Assembly: GCA_963816145.1 (NCBI GenBank)
Contig: CAWFJP010000023.1
Span: 1-64,000 of the forward strand
From: an uncultured delta proteobacterium
GTDB lineage: Bacteria > Desulfobacterota > Binatia > UBA9968
Length of the DNA stretch: 64,000 nucleotides
Direction of reading: 5' to 3'
Shown: positions 19,541 through 30,626 of the stretch, piece after piece
Numbering within the stretch: the stretch's first letter is position 1
How the letters are laid out: the number at the start of each line of letters is the position of its first letter
The notes under the pieces: model-generated
Told to the model about the DNA's origin: nothing
Databases searched by the model: none
Seen by the model: the letters and a program-made list of their open reading frames with translations, nothing else
Program-made: the position numbers and the translations under genes

Positions 19541-20326
19541 CTATTTCGACTTCGCGGTGTCGGCGGTCAATTTGAGAAACTCGATCTTCTTGGCCCCTTT
19601 GGGCGGCGTGAATGTGAATTCCTGATTGCTCAACTTCGCCGCGACATCCCAGCTCCTAATCAACACCGTGAACTGCGGCGCGCCGCTAACCTGTTTGGTG
19701 GTAATCATGAATTTACGTGGCAACGGCTTGTCGCCATCCTCGATCCAGATCTGCCAGTCCACTTCCGCGCCGCGAAACGCCAGATGGCTGCACTTCACCC
19801 CGGCAACAATGCTCTGGCCGACCACGAATCCGGCCGAGGCCTCCTTGAGCATCTTCTCGGCGGCGTTCTTGTACAGCAGCTCGGCCGCCGGCGCAAGAAT
19901 GTCGAGCTTCTCTCGGGCGAAATCCAGCGTCTCATCGAGTGTCGCCGGCGCGGCCGTGGTCGCGTACAAGTTCTCGCGCGGGTTGTAGAGCGTCAGAGTC
20001 TTGCCGTCGTAGAAAAATTCCTGGTTGGCGAGGTCGCCCTTGCGATGGGCACGCAGCTTGTTGGGCCGCGACACCATCAGTGTCGCCGGGCTGTCATACT
20101 GCAGCTTCTGCCCGGAGGTCAGCACCGCTTCAAGGGTGCTCTCCGCCTTAAGACTAAACTGCTGGCGGCCAGCCAGATAGTCACTCATGCGCCGCAACAG
20201 CTTTTCCGCCTGCGGCTCGACCCCCGTAGGTTGCGCATGGCCAATCTCGGGCAAGCCGGTCAAAACCAGCAGCGCCAAAGCAACTACTGGGAAAATTCGT
20301 CGGGCAAAACTAAAGAAACCGTTCAT
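19541..20326 (-). CDS. DUF2092 periplasmic protein (LolA-like fold inferred)
   Basis: GQKLQY, RPNKLRA, FYDGKTLTL, VDWQIWI..GDKPLP; GAGGAG RBS. Confidence 0.85.
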   Translation of the reverse strand: MNGFFSFARRIFPVVALALLVLTGLPEIGHAQPTGVEPQAEKLLRRMSDYLAGRQQFSLKAESTLEAVLTSGQKLQYDSPATLMVSRPNKLRAHRKGDLANQEFFYDGKTLTLYNPRENLYATTAAPATLDETLDFAREKLDILAPAAELLYKNAAEKMLKEASAGFVVGQSIVAGVKCSHLAFRGAEVDWQIWIEDGDKPLPRKFMITTKQVSGAPQFTVLIRSWDVAAKLSNQEFTFTPPKGAKKIEFLKLTADTAKSK

Positions 20327-20433
20327 AACATTATCTCCTCCATTTGATCTGCCGCTCCGCTCGTTGACCGCTTGAGACACGCTGGCCTCAAGGCTTCATG
20401 GCGTTAACCTAACCTAAGAGGGTCGCCCTTGGA

Positions 20434-20453
20434 TATTGGCCTTTAGTCCAATA
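20434..20453. promoter_or_regulatory. Palindromic operator TATTGGCCTTTAGTCCAATA
   Basis: Member of the recurrent 20-bp palindrome family; upstream of the DUF2092-pqi operon. Confidence 0.65.
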
Positions 20454-20529
20454 AGGGCCGAGAAGCAAACAAGCGTGCCGCCTCACCATGCTAAGATCGT
20501 CAAGAAAACGCTTCTCACAGGAGTCAACC

Positions 20530-20609
20530 GACGTGAGCACAATGATGGCTACGGCCAGGAGTTCGATTCCGAGTGCCGAGAACTCGATGAGAGTACGGAT
20601 AGATTCCAT
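20530..20609 (-). pseudogene. Possible 5' remnant of a DUF1622-like membrane protein
   Basis: MESIRTLIEFSALGIELLAVAIIV, then coding character is lost. Confidence 0.3.
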
Positions 20610-20777
20610 GACATCATTTCTCTAGAGGTGAGTGACGGGTTTAGCTAGCAATGGAATCTTGGAAAAAAGGCATGATGATTCGCGAATATTTTAGTATTCC
20701 ATTATTCCAGGACTGCGTCGCTGAAACCTCGATGGTTGCTCTGCCCTGCTGCTGGCGCAACCAACCCTCCGTCCGGA

Positions 20778-21956
20778 TCACAATAACAGAGCAACGATCC
20801 GATCAACCATTTCTTCCAAAGGGATTACGAAGAGGAGGAGCGGCAGCAGCGGAGCAGCCAATATAATCGTCAATGAAAAGACCTGCTCCTTGCCGAAAGG
20901 CGTCAGGCGCGTCTCCTTCGCGACGGTGAAGCTGTTTGCCAGATCCGCCAATGACTGGATATCACCGGTGCCCAGCAACCGGTCGCCATCGGGGTTTCGG
21001 CCCTCGATCCATTTAGCGCGAAAGTCGCGAGTATAAACGCCGGCCACATCACCGTACTCCCGCAGCCCTCTTCGCTTCGCGTACGTCAGTTGAACACTAA
21101 AGTGAGCGGAACCAACACGAGGAGCAAAAGAAAAATTAGAATACCCGCAATCTCCAGTTTGAATTCCGGCAGGTGCGCCCCGGCGTGCCAGATGCGATTG
21201 GCAATTGCCCCCGAGAAAAAAACCGTGTGGGCCAGCAGCACAGGGGAAAAAGCAAACATGCTTCGGGCTAAAAAACCAAGCCCGCCGGCATGATCCGGAT
21301 GAAGCGTATTCAACCGCAGCGGCAGTCGCGCCACCTGCCACAAAAATCGGTACCAGATGAAAAGACGAAAGTACCGGCGCAAAACAATGAAGCGAAAGAG
21401 AGGCAGGCTGATGCAAGCGAACCAGTATCCGGCCGGCGTGAGATGCAGAGCGCCGTCGACCTCGGCGCCGTACCGCGTTGGCGCGTTGAGCGTCTGCGCT
21501 AGAGCCACCCAATGCCCCGCAAAAGCCAGGACGATCAGCAGGAGTTCCATGACAACCAAATTACGCAAGTTCAGCGCGGAGGTGACAATTCTATTGAACC
21601 GGGGGCGGTCCTCGGCGGCGATGATCTCACGTTCGATGAACTGTCGGACGATGCCACGGCTCCATTCGTGAACGAACAGCTCCGCTGCGATCAGAAGCGG
21701 CAATACCACCAGTAAGCGAACCTGAGCGTCGAGGGCGAAAAAAACGGCACTTGAACACGCTGACAAGATGTCCTTGCAAAGCCGTGAGCAACGTGAGCGG
21801 CAGCCAGGCGATGGCCGTAATGACGATGATCCGGCGATTCAAAAGTTCGAGTGCGGGCCCCGACAGCCGGGTGCGTAGACAAAATTGAAACAGCGGCCCA
21901 CCCAGCGCCAGGGAAAAATTCTCCGGCTCAGCGAAAATGTCGTTCTTGTTGGTCAT
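20778..21956 (-). CDS. Conserved hypothetical membrane protein, broken by two frameshifts (about 21745 and 21085)
   Basis: Three overlapping ORFs form one continuous protein: FSLALGGPLFQ / VRLLVVLPLLIAAE..HPDHAGGLGFL / AKRRGLREYG..DIQSLADLANSF. Confidence 0.75.
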
Positions 21957-22076
21957 AAAATTTTTGCTTGCTTATTCACGAGCCGCAACAGAGCCGGGCG
22001 CGGATATCGGAGCCCCGGTGTCAGCTTGTTCGACGATGTTTACACGACGTCTCTAGACCTTAATTGAAGTCGGTCT

Positions 22077-22952
22077 CTATTTCGCAACCGGCCGGGCTAC
22101 GTCCGCCGGATCGCGCAGCATTTTGCCCGTGACCAGCGCGAAAACCATATTCATTGGAATCGAGATACCGCTAAACGCCATGATCGGCGCGATTACTTCG
22201 GTGCCGGGAAAATAATAAAGCGCCACCGGAACACAAATTCCGAAATTGCGCATGGCCGTACTGATGGCGAGGACTTTTCGGTATCTGATCTCCGGGCCTC
22301 CCAGTATCCAGCCGACGACCCAACAAAGAACGGTCAAGAGCACGATCGCAGCGATACCGTGGGCATCCAGGGCCTTGATCGCGGGCGTCTTGAACCTGCC
22401 GCTCAGCAGCGCCGCGGCGATGAAAATCACGATCGACAACAGGCCCAACCAGCGGCCCAGTTTCGGCGCGACTTCCGGAAATCGCTTTTGCAGAGCCCGC
22501 CCCACCAAGAGCGGCGCCACCACCAACAGCAAAAATAGCAGGACGATCCGGATAAACGGCCGGCCTTCTCCATCCGTCCTGGGAAAAAGCCAATCGGCCA
22601 ATAGCGGCGTGATCAAGATCGCCAGGATCGTGAGAACGATCACCAGCGCAACCGCAAAAACGCGATCGCCTTTGGAGACGCGGGCAAATTGCAAAGCGAA
22701 CAGGCCGCCTGGCGAGATTGCCAGCATCATGATGCCGATTCTGATGTCGGGCGACAGGTTCAGCAGTCGGACGAGAATAAAGCCCAGGATGGGAACGATG
22801 ATCAGGTTTGCCAACAGTCCTCGACCCATCTTGCGCCGATCCTGGAGCATCGTCACGAGCTCGCCCCGCGTGGTCTCCAGCATGACCGAAACCATAAAGA
22901 CCACGACAAAAATGAACATGACAACTTTGACGTAAAGAGGTGCATCTCCCAT
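22077..22952 (-). CDS. Bile acid:sodium symporter family protein
   Basis: GLLANLIIVPILGF, LAISPG, LAISTAMRNFGI. Confidence 0.85.
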   Translation of the reverse strand: MGDAPLYVKVVMFIFVVVFMVSVMLETTRGELVTMLQDRRKMGRGLLANLIIVPILGFILVRLLNLSPDIRIGIMMLAISPGGLFALQFARVSKGDRVFAVALVIVLTILAILITPLLADWLFPRTDGEGRPFIRIVLLFLLLVVAPLLVGRALQKRFPEVAPKLGRWLGLLSIVIFIAAALLSGRFKTPAIKALDAHGIAAIVLLTVLCWVVGWILGGPEIRYRKVLAISTAMRNFGICVPVALYYFPGTEVIAPIMAFSGISIPMNMVFALVTGKMLRDPADVARPVAK

Positions 22953-23265
22953 AGGGATTCCTAAAGCCTACCAATCTCACTCGAACTGCTGGCCGCAGTC
23001 GATCGGCGACCCGCGTCAGCCGTTCGCCGTCACCTGCAATCGGGCTCAGCATACTAACCTAAAGGCGAAGCGGAGCCGTCTGTCGCAATTCTTTTATGAT
23101 CCGATCGTTCACGCTTCGCTCGACGCCGCTAGTCCTCACGTAATTTCAACGGCGATCAGTTGCTCGGCAACGCGATCGTTTCCAGTTGTTCCAGCCGCTT
23201 GAGCGCTTCGGCCATTTTTATCGTTTGATAGCCGATGCCCGCGGCGTGACTCACTTATGATCCGT

Positions 23266-24803
23266 CTAGCCGCCGCTCGACGCCGCCGTCATCTTCTCGA
23301 TCACCTGGTCGAGGCTGAAGCTCGCCGACTTCTGCCGGGGCGGGAACTCCTTGAAGGTGCTCAGGAACTCGCCGACGAAGGCCTGCGCGGGCACGAGCAG
23401 GTAGACGCGCCGAAACATCCAGTCGTAATAGGTATTCGACGTGATCTGCGCTTTCTCGTACGGGTCCGTCCGCAGGTTGAAGATAAACGGCACGCGCAGA
23501 GTCACGAACGGTTCCTGCCAGATTTGGAACGTACCCGGAACGCGCTGCTCCATGAACATCATCTTCCAGTTGTCGTAACGCAGCGCCGCAACGTCGCCAT
23601 CGTCGGTGAAGTAGAGGAAGGCTTGGCGTGGGCTCTTGGCTTCCTTGCCCGTGAGGTGTGGCAGCAGGTTGTAGCCATCGAGGTGGACCTTGTAGGTCTT
23701 CTTGCCAATCTTGTGGCCCTTCTTCAGCTTCGCCGCGATGTCAGGCTCGCCGGCCACCGCCAGGATGGTCGGGAACCAGTCCTGGTGGCTGATGATCTCG
23801 TTCGATACCGACCCGGCGGCAATCCTGCCGGGAAAGCGCACCATGCAGGGCACGCGATACGCGCCCTCCCAGCTCGAGTTCTTCTCGTTCCGGAAGGGCG
23901 TCGTGCCTGCATCCGGCCAGGTGTTCATATGCGGCCCATTGTCGGTGCTGTACTGCACGAACGTGTTGTCTGCGATGCCAAGCTCGTCCAGGAAGTCGAG
24001 CATCTCGCCGATGTGCTTGTCGTGGTCGATCATTACGTCGTGGTACTCAGATTGCCAGCGGCCGGATTGGCCACGGCTCTCCGGCTTCACATGCGTCCAC
24101 GCGTGCATGTGCGAGGTGTTGAACCAGACGAAGAACGGCTCGCCGGCGTCGTGGGCGGCCTGAATGAACTTCTTGGCGGCTGCGAGAAACTCCTCGTCGC
24201 ACGTCTCCATGCGCTTCTTGGTCAGGGGGCCGGTGTGAGAGGTCTGACGGTAGTCGAGGTAGACGAACACGGAGGCACGGCGCAGCGGCGACACCGTGTT
24301 GTTGGTCACACGCGACGTGAATACTTCGCCGTTCGGCACGAGCACCAGCCGGCCGTCGTAGGTCCGGATGTGCGTGACGCGAACCTCAATCTGCTCGACC
24401 GTCCCCTCAGTCTCGCCAACGACGATCTGATCGCCGATCTCGAAGGTGTGCGTTAGGAGTATCAGCAATCCGCTGACGAAGTTCGAGATGATGTCCTTTA
24501 GCGCAAAGCCCAGGGCGACGCCGCCGAGGCCCAGACCCGTGACAACGGCCTGCGCGTTGACACCCAGCACATCAAGAGCGACGAAGACACCGACCGCCCA
24601 CACCGTGTAGTACGACACCTGCAGGAGCAGGTTGCGCTGCGTCCGATTCTCGACGCATCCGGCACCGAACAGCGCGACTCGCCGCGCGAGCCTTGCCAAC
24701 CCCAGAAAATCAGGAGCACGGTGATTGCTGCGGCGAACGCACGGCCGTGCGCGTGAAAATTCTCCATATGCTCCTTGGTGATATTATTAAATTGATCGTA
24801 CAT
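23266..24803 (-). pseudogene. Chimera of an MscS channel 5' part and an arylsulfatase 3' part, joined in frame at about 24240; frameshift near 24700
   Basis: ALGFALKDIISNFVSG..FEIGDQI..VPNGEVF (MscS) joined to TGPLTKKRMETCDEE..STDNGP..WEGAYRVP..LRYDNWK (sulfatase). The catalytic CxxxR region is absent. Confidence 0.8.
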
Positions 24804-25229
24804 TTTCTTTTTGAAGGCTTCGTTTAAATGCTGTCAAAGTACTTGATGATTACGCCGGCTACTTGTTCCCCAGTCGCAGTTCCATTCAATTGTTGGCCTG
24901 CTTTAATCGCCTGCACCAACTTTTCGTTTACCCGAATGCCAAAACTGGCCAAGATAATTTTGTCACTAAGTGAGGAAACCGCGAGGCAAAAGCAGCAACC
25001 ACGACTCCCCCCAAGAGGCCCCGGCAACGGTCGATTTTTCACGGGCATTTTGTGCTAATAGAACTTGGTGTAAGACTTCGACCTGCTCATCTAACCAACA
25101 ACGGCAGAGCCGGAGATGATTTGAGCTCGCCCTGACCGGGAAAATCGAAGAGCAACAACCTGTAATCCTCGAAAATAGCTTACCACGGGTCTCCATGCGG
25201 CATGGTTTGCTGAGCACGTTCCAAATCAG

Positions 25230-25287
25230 GCTCGATCCGGCCTGATAGGGATACTTCTCGAAATCGACGAAAAATTCCTTAGCTTAC
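25230..25287 (-). pseudogene. Short remnant resembling an arylsulfatase C-terminus
   Basis: Translates KEFFVDFEKYPYQAGSSL. Confidence 0.4.
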
Positions 25288-25350
25288 CGATCACTGATCA
25301 CTCGCCAACGACAAGATCACCGATTACTATAATTTCCCCCTCGTCCCCCG

Positions 25351-27772
25351 CTACTTGTCTGTCAGCTTGCGCAGCCGGTCGGCATACTTCTTCGCCGCCG
25401 CGCTGTCACCGCGCGCTTGGTGGAAGCTAGCCAACGCCTGGACAATGTCGCGGTCGTTGGGATGGGCGAAATACGCCTTCTCCAGGCGCGCGATCGCCGC
25501 TTCGACCTTGCCCAATGAGTGCAGCGCCACAGCGTAGACATAAGCAAAGCGCGCGTTCGCCGGTTCAAGTATCGTGGCGCGCTCGAACTCACCGAGCGCT
25601 GTGTCGGTGCGTTTCATCCGCACCAGTGCCAGGCCGAGGCTATGGTGCAGCATGGCGCTGTTGGGCGCGCTCTTGAGTCCATCGCGCAGCACCCGCTCGC
25701 CTTCCGCATCGCGGCCTTGGGCACGGTAGAGGTCGGCAAGATTCGCGTATGCCGGAACAAAGCCGGGATCGTGAACGATCGCTGCTTTAATTTCTTGTTC
25801 GGCCTTGGCCGCCTCACCGCGATTCGCATAGAAGGTTCCGAGATTGACCCGCGCTTCGCTCCGATCAGCATTATATCGTTGGCTGGCGACATACTCGGCG
25901 CTGGCGCGCTCGAAAGCCGCGCGCTGCTCCGGGCTTAGTCGGTCGGCAGGGACAGACGCCAGCAAGCTCACCGCCTCGATGCGTAGCGCTTTCAATGGAT
26001 CGGCGAGCAGCGGCGCCGCCAGCGATACGCGCGTGGCGAGCGGAACGTTGGCGAGCGACTGAAGCGCCGCGAGCCGGAGCAGCGGACTGCGATCGCGCGC
26101 GCCCGCGGCCACGGTTTCGAGCGCGCGTTGACTGTCTGCCGCATTCAATTGCGCCAACGCTGTGGCGCGGACGATGGCGGGATGGCTGGCATCGGCGGCG
26201 ATCGCGAGCAGTTGCGCCGGAGCATCGAGCGCGCCCGCAGTCGCGGCCGAGAACGCCTCGCTGAAGCGTTGGAATCCTTGGGGCTCGCGGCCGTACCACG
26301 TCGTCACTTGCGCCGCCGCCCAGCGCGCATCGCGGTGAGTGTGACAGCCGTTGCACGGGTTGGGCGTGCCGAGCTTTACCGACAAATCAGGCCTTGGCAC
26401 GCGCAAACTGTGATCGCGGCGCGGATCGACGACCATATAGGTGGCGCTCGGCATGTGGCACGCCACGCACGCTGCGCCGGCACTGGCTGGCTTGTGGTGG
26501 TGGTGCGCCGCCGTATCATACTTACTTGGCAAGTGGCAGGTGGCGCAAAGCGTATTGCCCTCCGTCCTCAATTTGCCGCTGTGCGGGTTATGGCAGTCGC
26601 TGCAAGTGACGCCGTTGGCGTACATCTTACTCTGCAGAAATGAGCCCCAGTTATAAACCTCGCCGCGTTGCTGGCCGTCGGAATAGTAAAGCGGCGCGGT
26701 CAAGAACGCCGGGCGATAATAGTCGAGAAACGGCTTGCCCGCTGCGTAACCCTCTGCGATCTGGCCGCGCCGCGCGTGACATTGGGCGCAGACCTCGATT
26801 TCCTGGTCGGCTACGCGCGGCTTCGAACGCGCGGAATTGCCGGTTGTAGGATTGGGGGTCCAGACGATGCCGCGCCGTTCATCAAGGCTCGCGCTCAGAC
26901 CCTTGGACAATTCCTCCCCCTTTGAAAAAGGGGGATTGAGGGGGATTTTAGCCCTGGATTCAAATTCCCCCTCGCCCCCCTTTTTCAAAGGGGGGATTTG
27001 CAATCGAGCCCATTCAAGATGGCGCGAGCCTGGTCCGTGGCAGGCCTCGCAACCGATGCTGATCTCGCTCCATTCAGTCTTGAATCGGTTGGCAACCGGA
27101 TCGTAATTTTTTCGCAAGCCGGTTGAGTGGCAGTCGGCGCACATGAAGTTCCAGTTTTGCGCCGGACCGGTCCAGTGCAGTTCGTCGTCGTGAGTGATCC
27201 GCTCGTTGGGATACAGATGAAACCAGCGCTGGCCGCCGTCCTTTTTGGGACGTGCATCCCAAGCGCTTAACAGCGCCTGGATTCGCCCATCGGGAAACTC
27301 GACCAAGTATTGTTGCAGCGGCGCGACGCCGAACGTGTACTTGATCTCATAATCGGTCAGCTTGCCGTCGCGGCCTTCGGTGTTGGCAAAAAACTTTCCA
27401 TCGCGCTTGAAAAAAGTGGACGTGAGTCCGGCGTAGGTGAACTTGGCACTATTGAAATTACCCAGCACGCTTTGTTCGCTCGCCGGCGCCATGGCGTCGT
27501 GGTGTTGAGATTTTTGCCACTCACCGGCCTCCTTCTCGTGGCAGGAGACGCAAGCTTTACTGCCGACGTATTGCCCAGCGAGCGCCACAGTTCTTATCCT
27601 CGCCCTTTGGGAGAAGGTTCGGGTGACGGCTCTTGTCCGCGAAAAAGAAGTAGAGCAAAGCAGACGCGCCAAGTATGACGATCGCCAAGCCGCCCAAAAG
27701 CCAGTTGCGGCGGTTCCCTTTCTCCGGCTTAACCGGTTTGGCTTTTCGATCACGAGATTTTTTTTGCGCCAC
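25351..27772 (-). CDS. Membrane-anchored octaheme c-type cytochrome with HEAT/TPR repeats; frameshift near 27590
   Basis: Eight CxxCH motifs (CVSCH, CADCH, CEACH, CAQCH, CSDCH, CATCH, CVACH, CNGCH) and a TPR tail; the true N-terminus with its TM helix is in ORF 27557..27772. Confidence 0.88.
26913..26998. repeat. REP-like palindromic doublet (CCCCCTTTnnnAAAGGGGG) inserted in frame in the cytochrome gene
   Basis: Homologous intergenic copy at 51171-51267. Confidence 0.75.
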
Positions 27773-27967
27773 TTCGCTGCTCTTCGGTCGAGGAGTTTAT
27801 CGAGCTAGACATTCCCTGATCAAAATTCTAAATGCATGCTCCATAAGGGACTTTGTTCGTTAGCTTGTACTATTTTTTTTCTTTTAATTAGAGTCTGAAT
27901 AAGAATCGGCCAAGAGGAGTGAAAATGCGCTATTTCTCCGGCGCCGCGATCGCTCGCTTGCGACCGC

Positions 27968-28663
27968 TCAACTGTGCGGTTCGCGGTCTCGCTCCGGCGC
28001 TTGTGAAAGCCGCGCGCCCACCAACTGCGCCACGACGACGGCGATGTAGAATTGGCCGAACACCGCTTCGATGTTAGTCAATACGGTTGCCGGTGGCACG
28101 ATCGGCACAACCGTGCCCGAACCAAGACTCGTCAACGAGCCCATGCTGACGTAATTCATGACCGCGATGCGCCCATGCCAGCTGTCGAGATTCAGGCCAA
28201 ACCCCTGGCCCAGGCTGAAGGAGCCAGGAACAAAAACTTCGACCAACATGTAGAGATTGGACCACGCGCCGGCCGCCAGCAGATAGCCGCACACCGCGCC
28301 CAGCACATCGTCGGAGCGGACCACGCGCTGCCGGAAAATATTTCGCAGCATAAAGATCGTCGCAAAGCCCAGCAGCAGAAGCAACGCAGTGTGATAGACC
28401 AACCGGAGCGGCGCTTCAGGATACGTCGGCGGCAAGACGTAGTGAGCTAAGGCGCTCGCAACCGCCACGGCGAAAGCAATGAATGCGACCACGCGGTGCC
28501 CCTTACGTTCGAAGACGATCAGCAGCATCAGCATCTCTATCGCGGCAATGGCAAGATCCGAAGCCAAAGGCCCGAGCAGCCGCCGATGACTAAAAGACTC
28601 GATAAGAGCGACAACGATTATCCCAACGAGCAGAATCGCGTGCTTATGGCTCTGAAGTTTCAC
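27968..28663 (-). CDS. Ion channel (potassium channel-like) membrane protein
   Basis: GAVCGYLL, YVSMGSLTSLGSGTVVP (degenerate pore), EAVFGQFYIAVVVAQLVG. Confidence 0.75.
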   Translation of the reverse strand: MKLQSHKHAILLVGIIVVALIESFSHRRLLGPLASDLAIAAIEMLMLLIVFERKGHRVVAFIAFAVAVASALAHYVLPPTYPEAPLRLVYHTALLLLLGFATIFMLRNIFRQRVVRSDDVLGAVCGYLLAAGAWSNLYMLVEVFVPGSFSLGQGFGLNLDSWHGRIAVMNYVSMGSLTSLGSGTVVPIVPPATVLTNIEAVFGQFYIAVVVAQLVGARLSQAPERDREPHS

Positions 28664-28727
28664 CTGCTGTCCTCGATCGAGAAGATAAAATCCGCAAACT
28701 GTCTTCCCCTCGTGTAGCCTCTCTTTG

Positions 28728-29116
28728 CTATCTCACCCGCTCCAGTCGGACTACACCGAACCACGCACGGGCGAGGAGGAACGTCATCCCCGCGTGGAGC
28801 GCCACCGCCGGCCACAATAGGCGCCCGACCGGTTGGCCGGCAAGCCCCAGGAAAGCGAGGTAGAGTGTCGTTAGCAAGTTGTACGCAAGCAGCGCGCGCA
28901 GAGCAGAATTGCGAACGCCGGCCGAATCGATACCCGGCCAGCAGGCCAACCCCAATGAGAGGAGAGCAAAACCAGCGACGCGGCCCACTACGATCCCCGC
29001 GCCGGAAACGACTTCGCCGAGCAGCAGCCAGGAGACGAGAGAAGGATGAACGATCAAAACAAGGCCCGTCGCCGCTTCAAGCACAGCGGCGACGCGAGCA
29101 ATTTATTCAACGCCAT
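28728..29116 (-). CDS. Hypothetical membrane protein; frameshift near the start
   Basis: MALNKLLA, then LEAATGLVL..LGLACWP..LLWPAVALH. Confidence 0.7.
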
Positions 29117-29654
29117 TTCTCTTCGCTTTAGATTCGCATTTTTCGTATCTTGAACACAACGAATTCAGTTTGCAATCCGCGACCTGAAGCGGATACGTGA
29201 TGTGAGTCACGGGATGCGAGTCGTATAAGCGACCTCAAGTCAAAGGTTGTAATTACCCGAAACCGTTGTCGGAAGCGAGTCGCGCGCGACGCGATACGAC
29301 ATCCGAGATTGGAGAACGCGTGTCCCGAACTACGCGATCCGAATAGCCCCCGTCACTCGTGCCACGCCGCGGGCCATTCGTCAAACGCGATGATGTGCTT
29401 TCGGCCGATTTTTTGCTGATGACTGAGAAGCACAGCACGCCGAAGTCAGAGCATTTTTTCATCAATAACTCTCAACTCCTGATGCGGCGCCTATCCTGAC
29501 CACAGCGAAGGTTGCCTGCACAGAGCAATTTCGGAACTTCGAAACATGGGAAATTTTGAATCCCCTTTTCGTATTCGGGTTGAATTTAGAAACTGCCCGC
29601 TCACAAATTTGAGGGGGGCTTGACGCATCCGCCGCTTCCGCGTTACGTTTGGCC

Positions 29655-29888
29655 ATGAGTTCATTGCTATCACGCATCACTATCGACCCCGAGATTTGCC
29701 ACGGCAAGCCGTGCATTCGCGGCCTGCGGTATCCGGTCGAGTCCGTCCTCGAATATCTGGCCGCAGGCGATTCATTTGAGGATGTGCTTGCGGAGTTTCC
29801 CGACTTGGAACGCGAGGACTTGCTTGCCTGCCTTGAATTCGCCAAACGCTCGCTGCAGTTGAAGAGCCAACATCTCGTCCTGGCATGA
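29655..29888 (+). CDS. DUF433 family antitoxin
   Basis: RITIDPEICHGKPCIRGLRYPV, FPDLEREDLLACLEFA. Confidence 0.92.
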   Translation: MSSLLSRITIDPEICHGKPCIRGLRYPVESVLEYLAAGDSFEDVLAEFPDLEREDLLACLEFAKRSLQLKSQHLVLA

Positions 29889-30238
29889 AGTTCCTGGTGG
29901 ACGCGCACCTGCCGCCCGGCCTCTGCGCTCTCCTTCAGGCAGCCGGACACGACGCTATCCACACCCTCCATCTCCCGGCGCAGAACAAGACCTCCGACCA
30001 GGTCATCAACGAATTTTCCGTGACGGAAACGCGCGTCGTCATCTCCAAGGACACGGACTTCTACTACTCGCATGTACTGCACGATCGTCCCTGGAAGCTC
30101 CTGCTCGTACGGACAGGCAACATCCGCACGCGCGACTTGAAGGAACTTTTTAAGCGCCAATTGCCGGCCATCTTGTACGCTCTGGAGAATAACTCACTGG
30201 TCGAGTTGGACAGAGCCTCGGTTCAAATCGTGTCGTAA
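29885..30238 (+). CDS. DUF5615 family PIN-like toxin
   Basis: MKFLVDAHLP, SDQVI, VISKDTDF; ATGA overlap with DUF433. Confidence 0.9.
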   Translation: MKFLVDAHLPPGLCALLQAAGHDAIHTLHLPAQNKTSDQVINEFSVTETRVVISKDTDFYYSHVLHDRPWKLLLVRTGNIRTRDLKELFKRQLPAILYALENNSLVELDRASVQIVS

Positions 30239-30342
30239 GAACTGATTCACACGAGTTAAACATGAAAAACTGCGGTTATTTGAAATCAATCTCTGTTCTC
30301 TCCGTTGCCTCCTGTTGAGTTTTCTTCTCCCTCGACACTCGA

Positions 30343-30504
30343 CCCTTTCTCACAGGAGATAACGGAGGAAACAGAGGTTAATTTAAATCATCTCCGTTCT
30401 CTCCGTTGCCTCCTGTGTAAAATCAAATCTGAAACCTGACATCCGAATCCCAACCTCCTCGATCACTGTTCACCGATCATTCATCTTCTCCCTCGACACT
30501 CGAC
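30343..30504 (+). repeat. About 160-bp direct repeat, copy 1 (copy 2 at 31301-31465)
   Basis: Near-identical REP hairpin plus tcaaatctgaaacctgaca..ccgaat..caacct..tcgatca..accgatca..cctcgacactcgac tail. Confidence 0.85.
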
Positions 30505-30626
30505 TCTCATCACTCCGCACCAGACACGGTGCACTCGACGGCGGCAATTCGCACAGCCGTAGCGCGGTCGTCGAAAGCGCGCTGATCAAGCTCGGCGCCT
30601 TGCGCCAAGATCGCCTCTTCGGTCGA

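Noticed and set aside
23257-24456. 399-aa plus-strand ORF, and similar long antisense ORFs (43878-44873, 54879-55751, 31426-32301)
   Set aside because: High-GC shadow frames opposite well-supported genes
29253-29600. Possible DUF2971-like fragment (FGVLCFS)
   Set aside because: The match is too short to support
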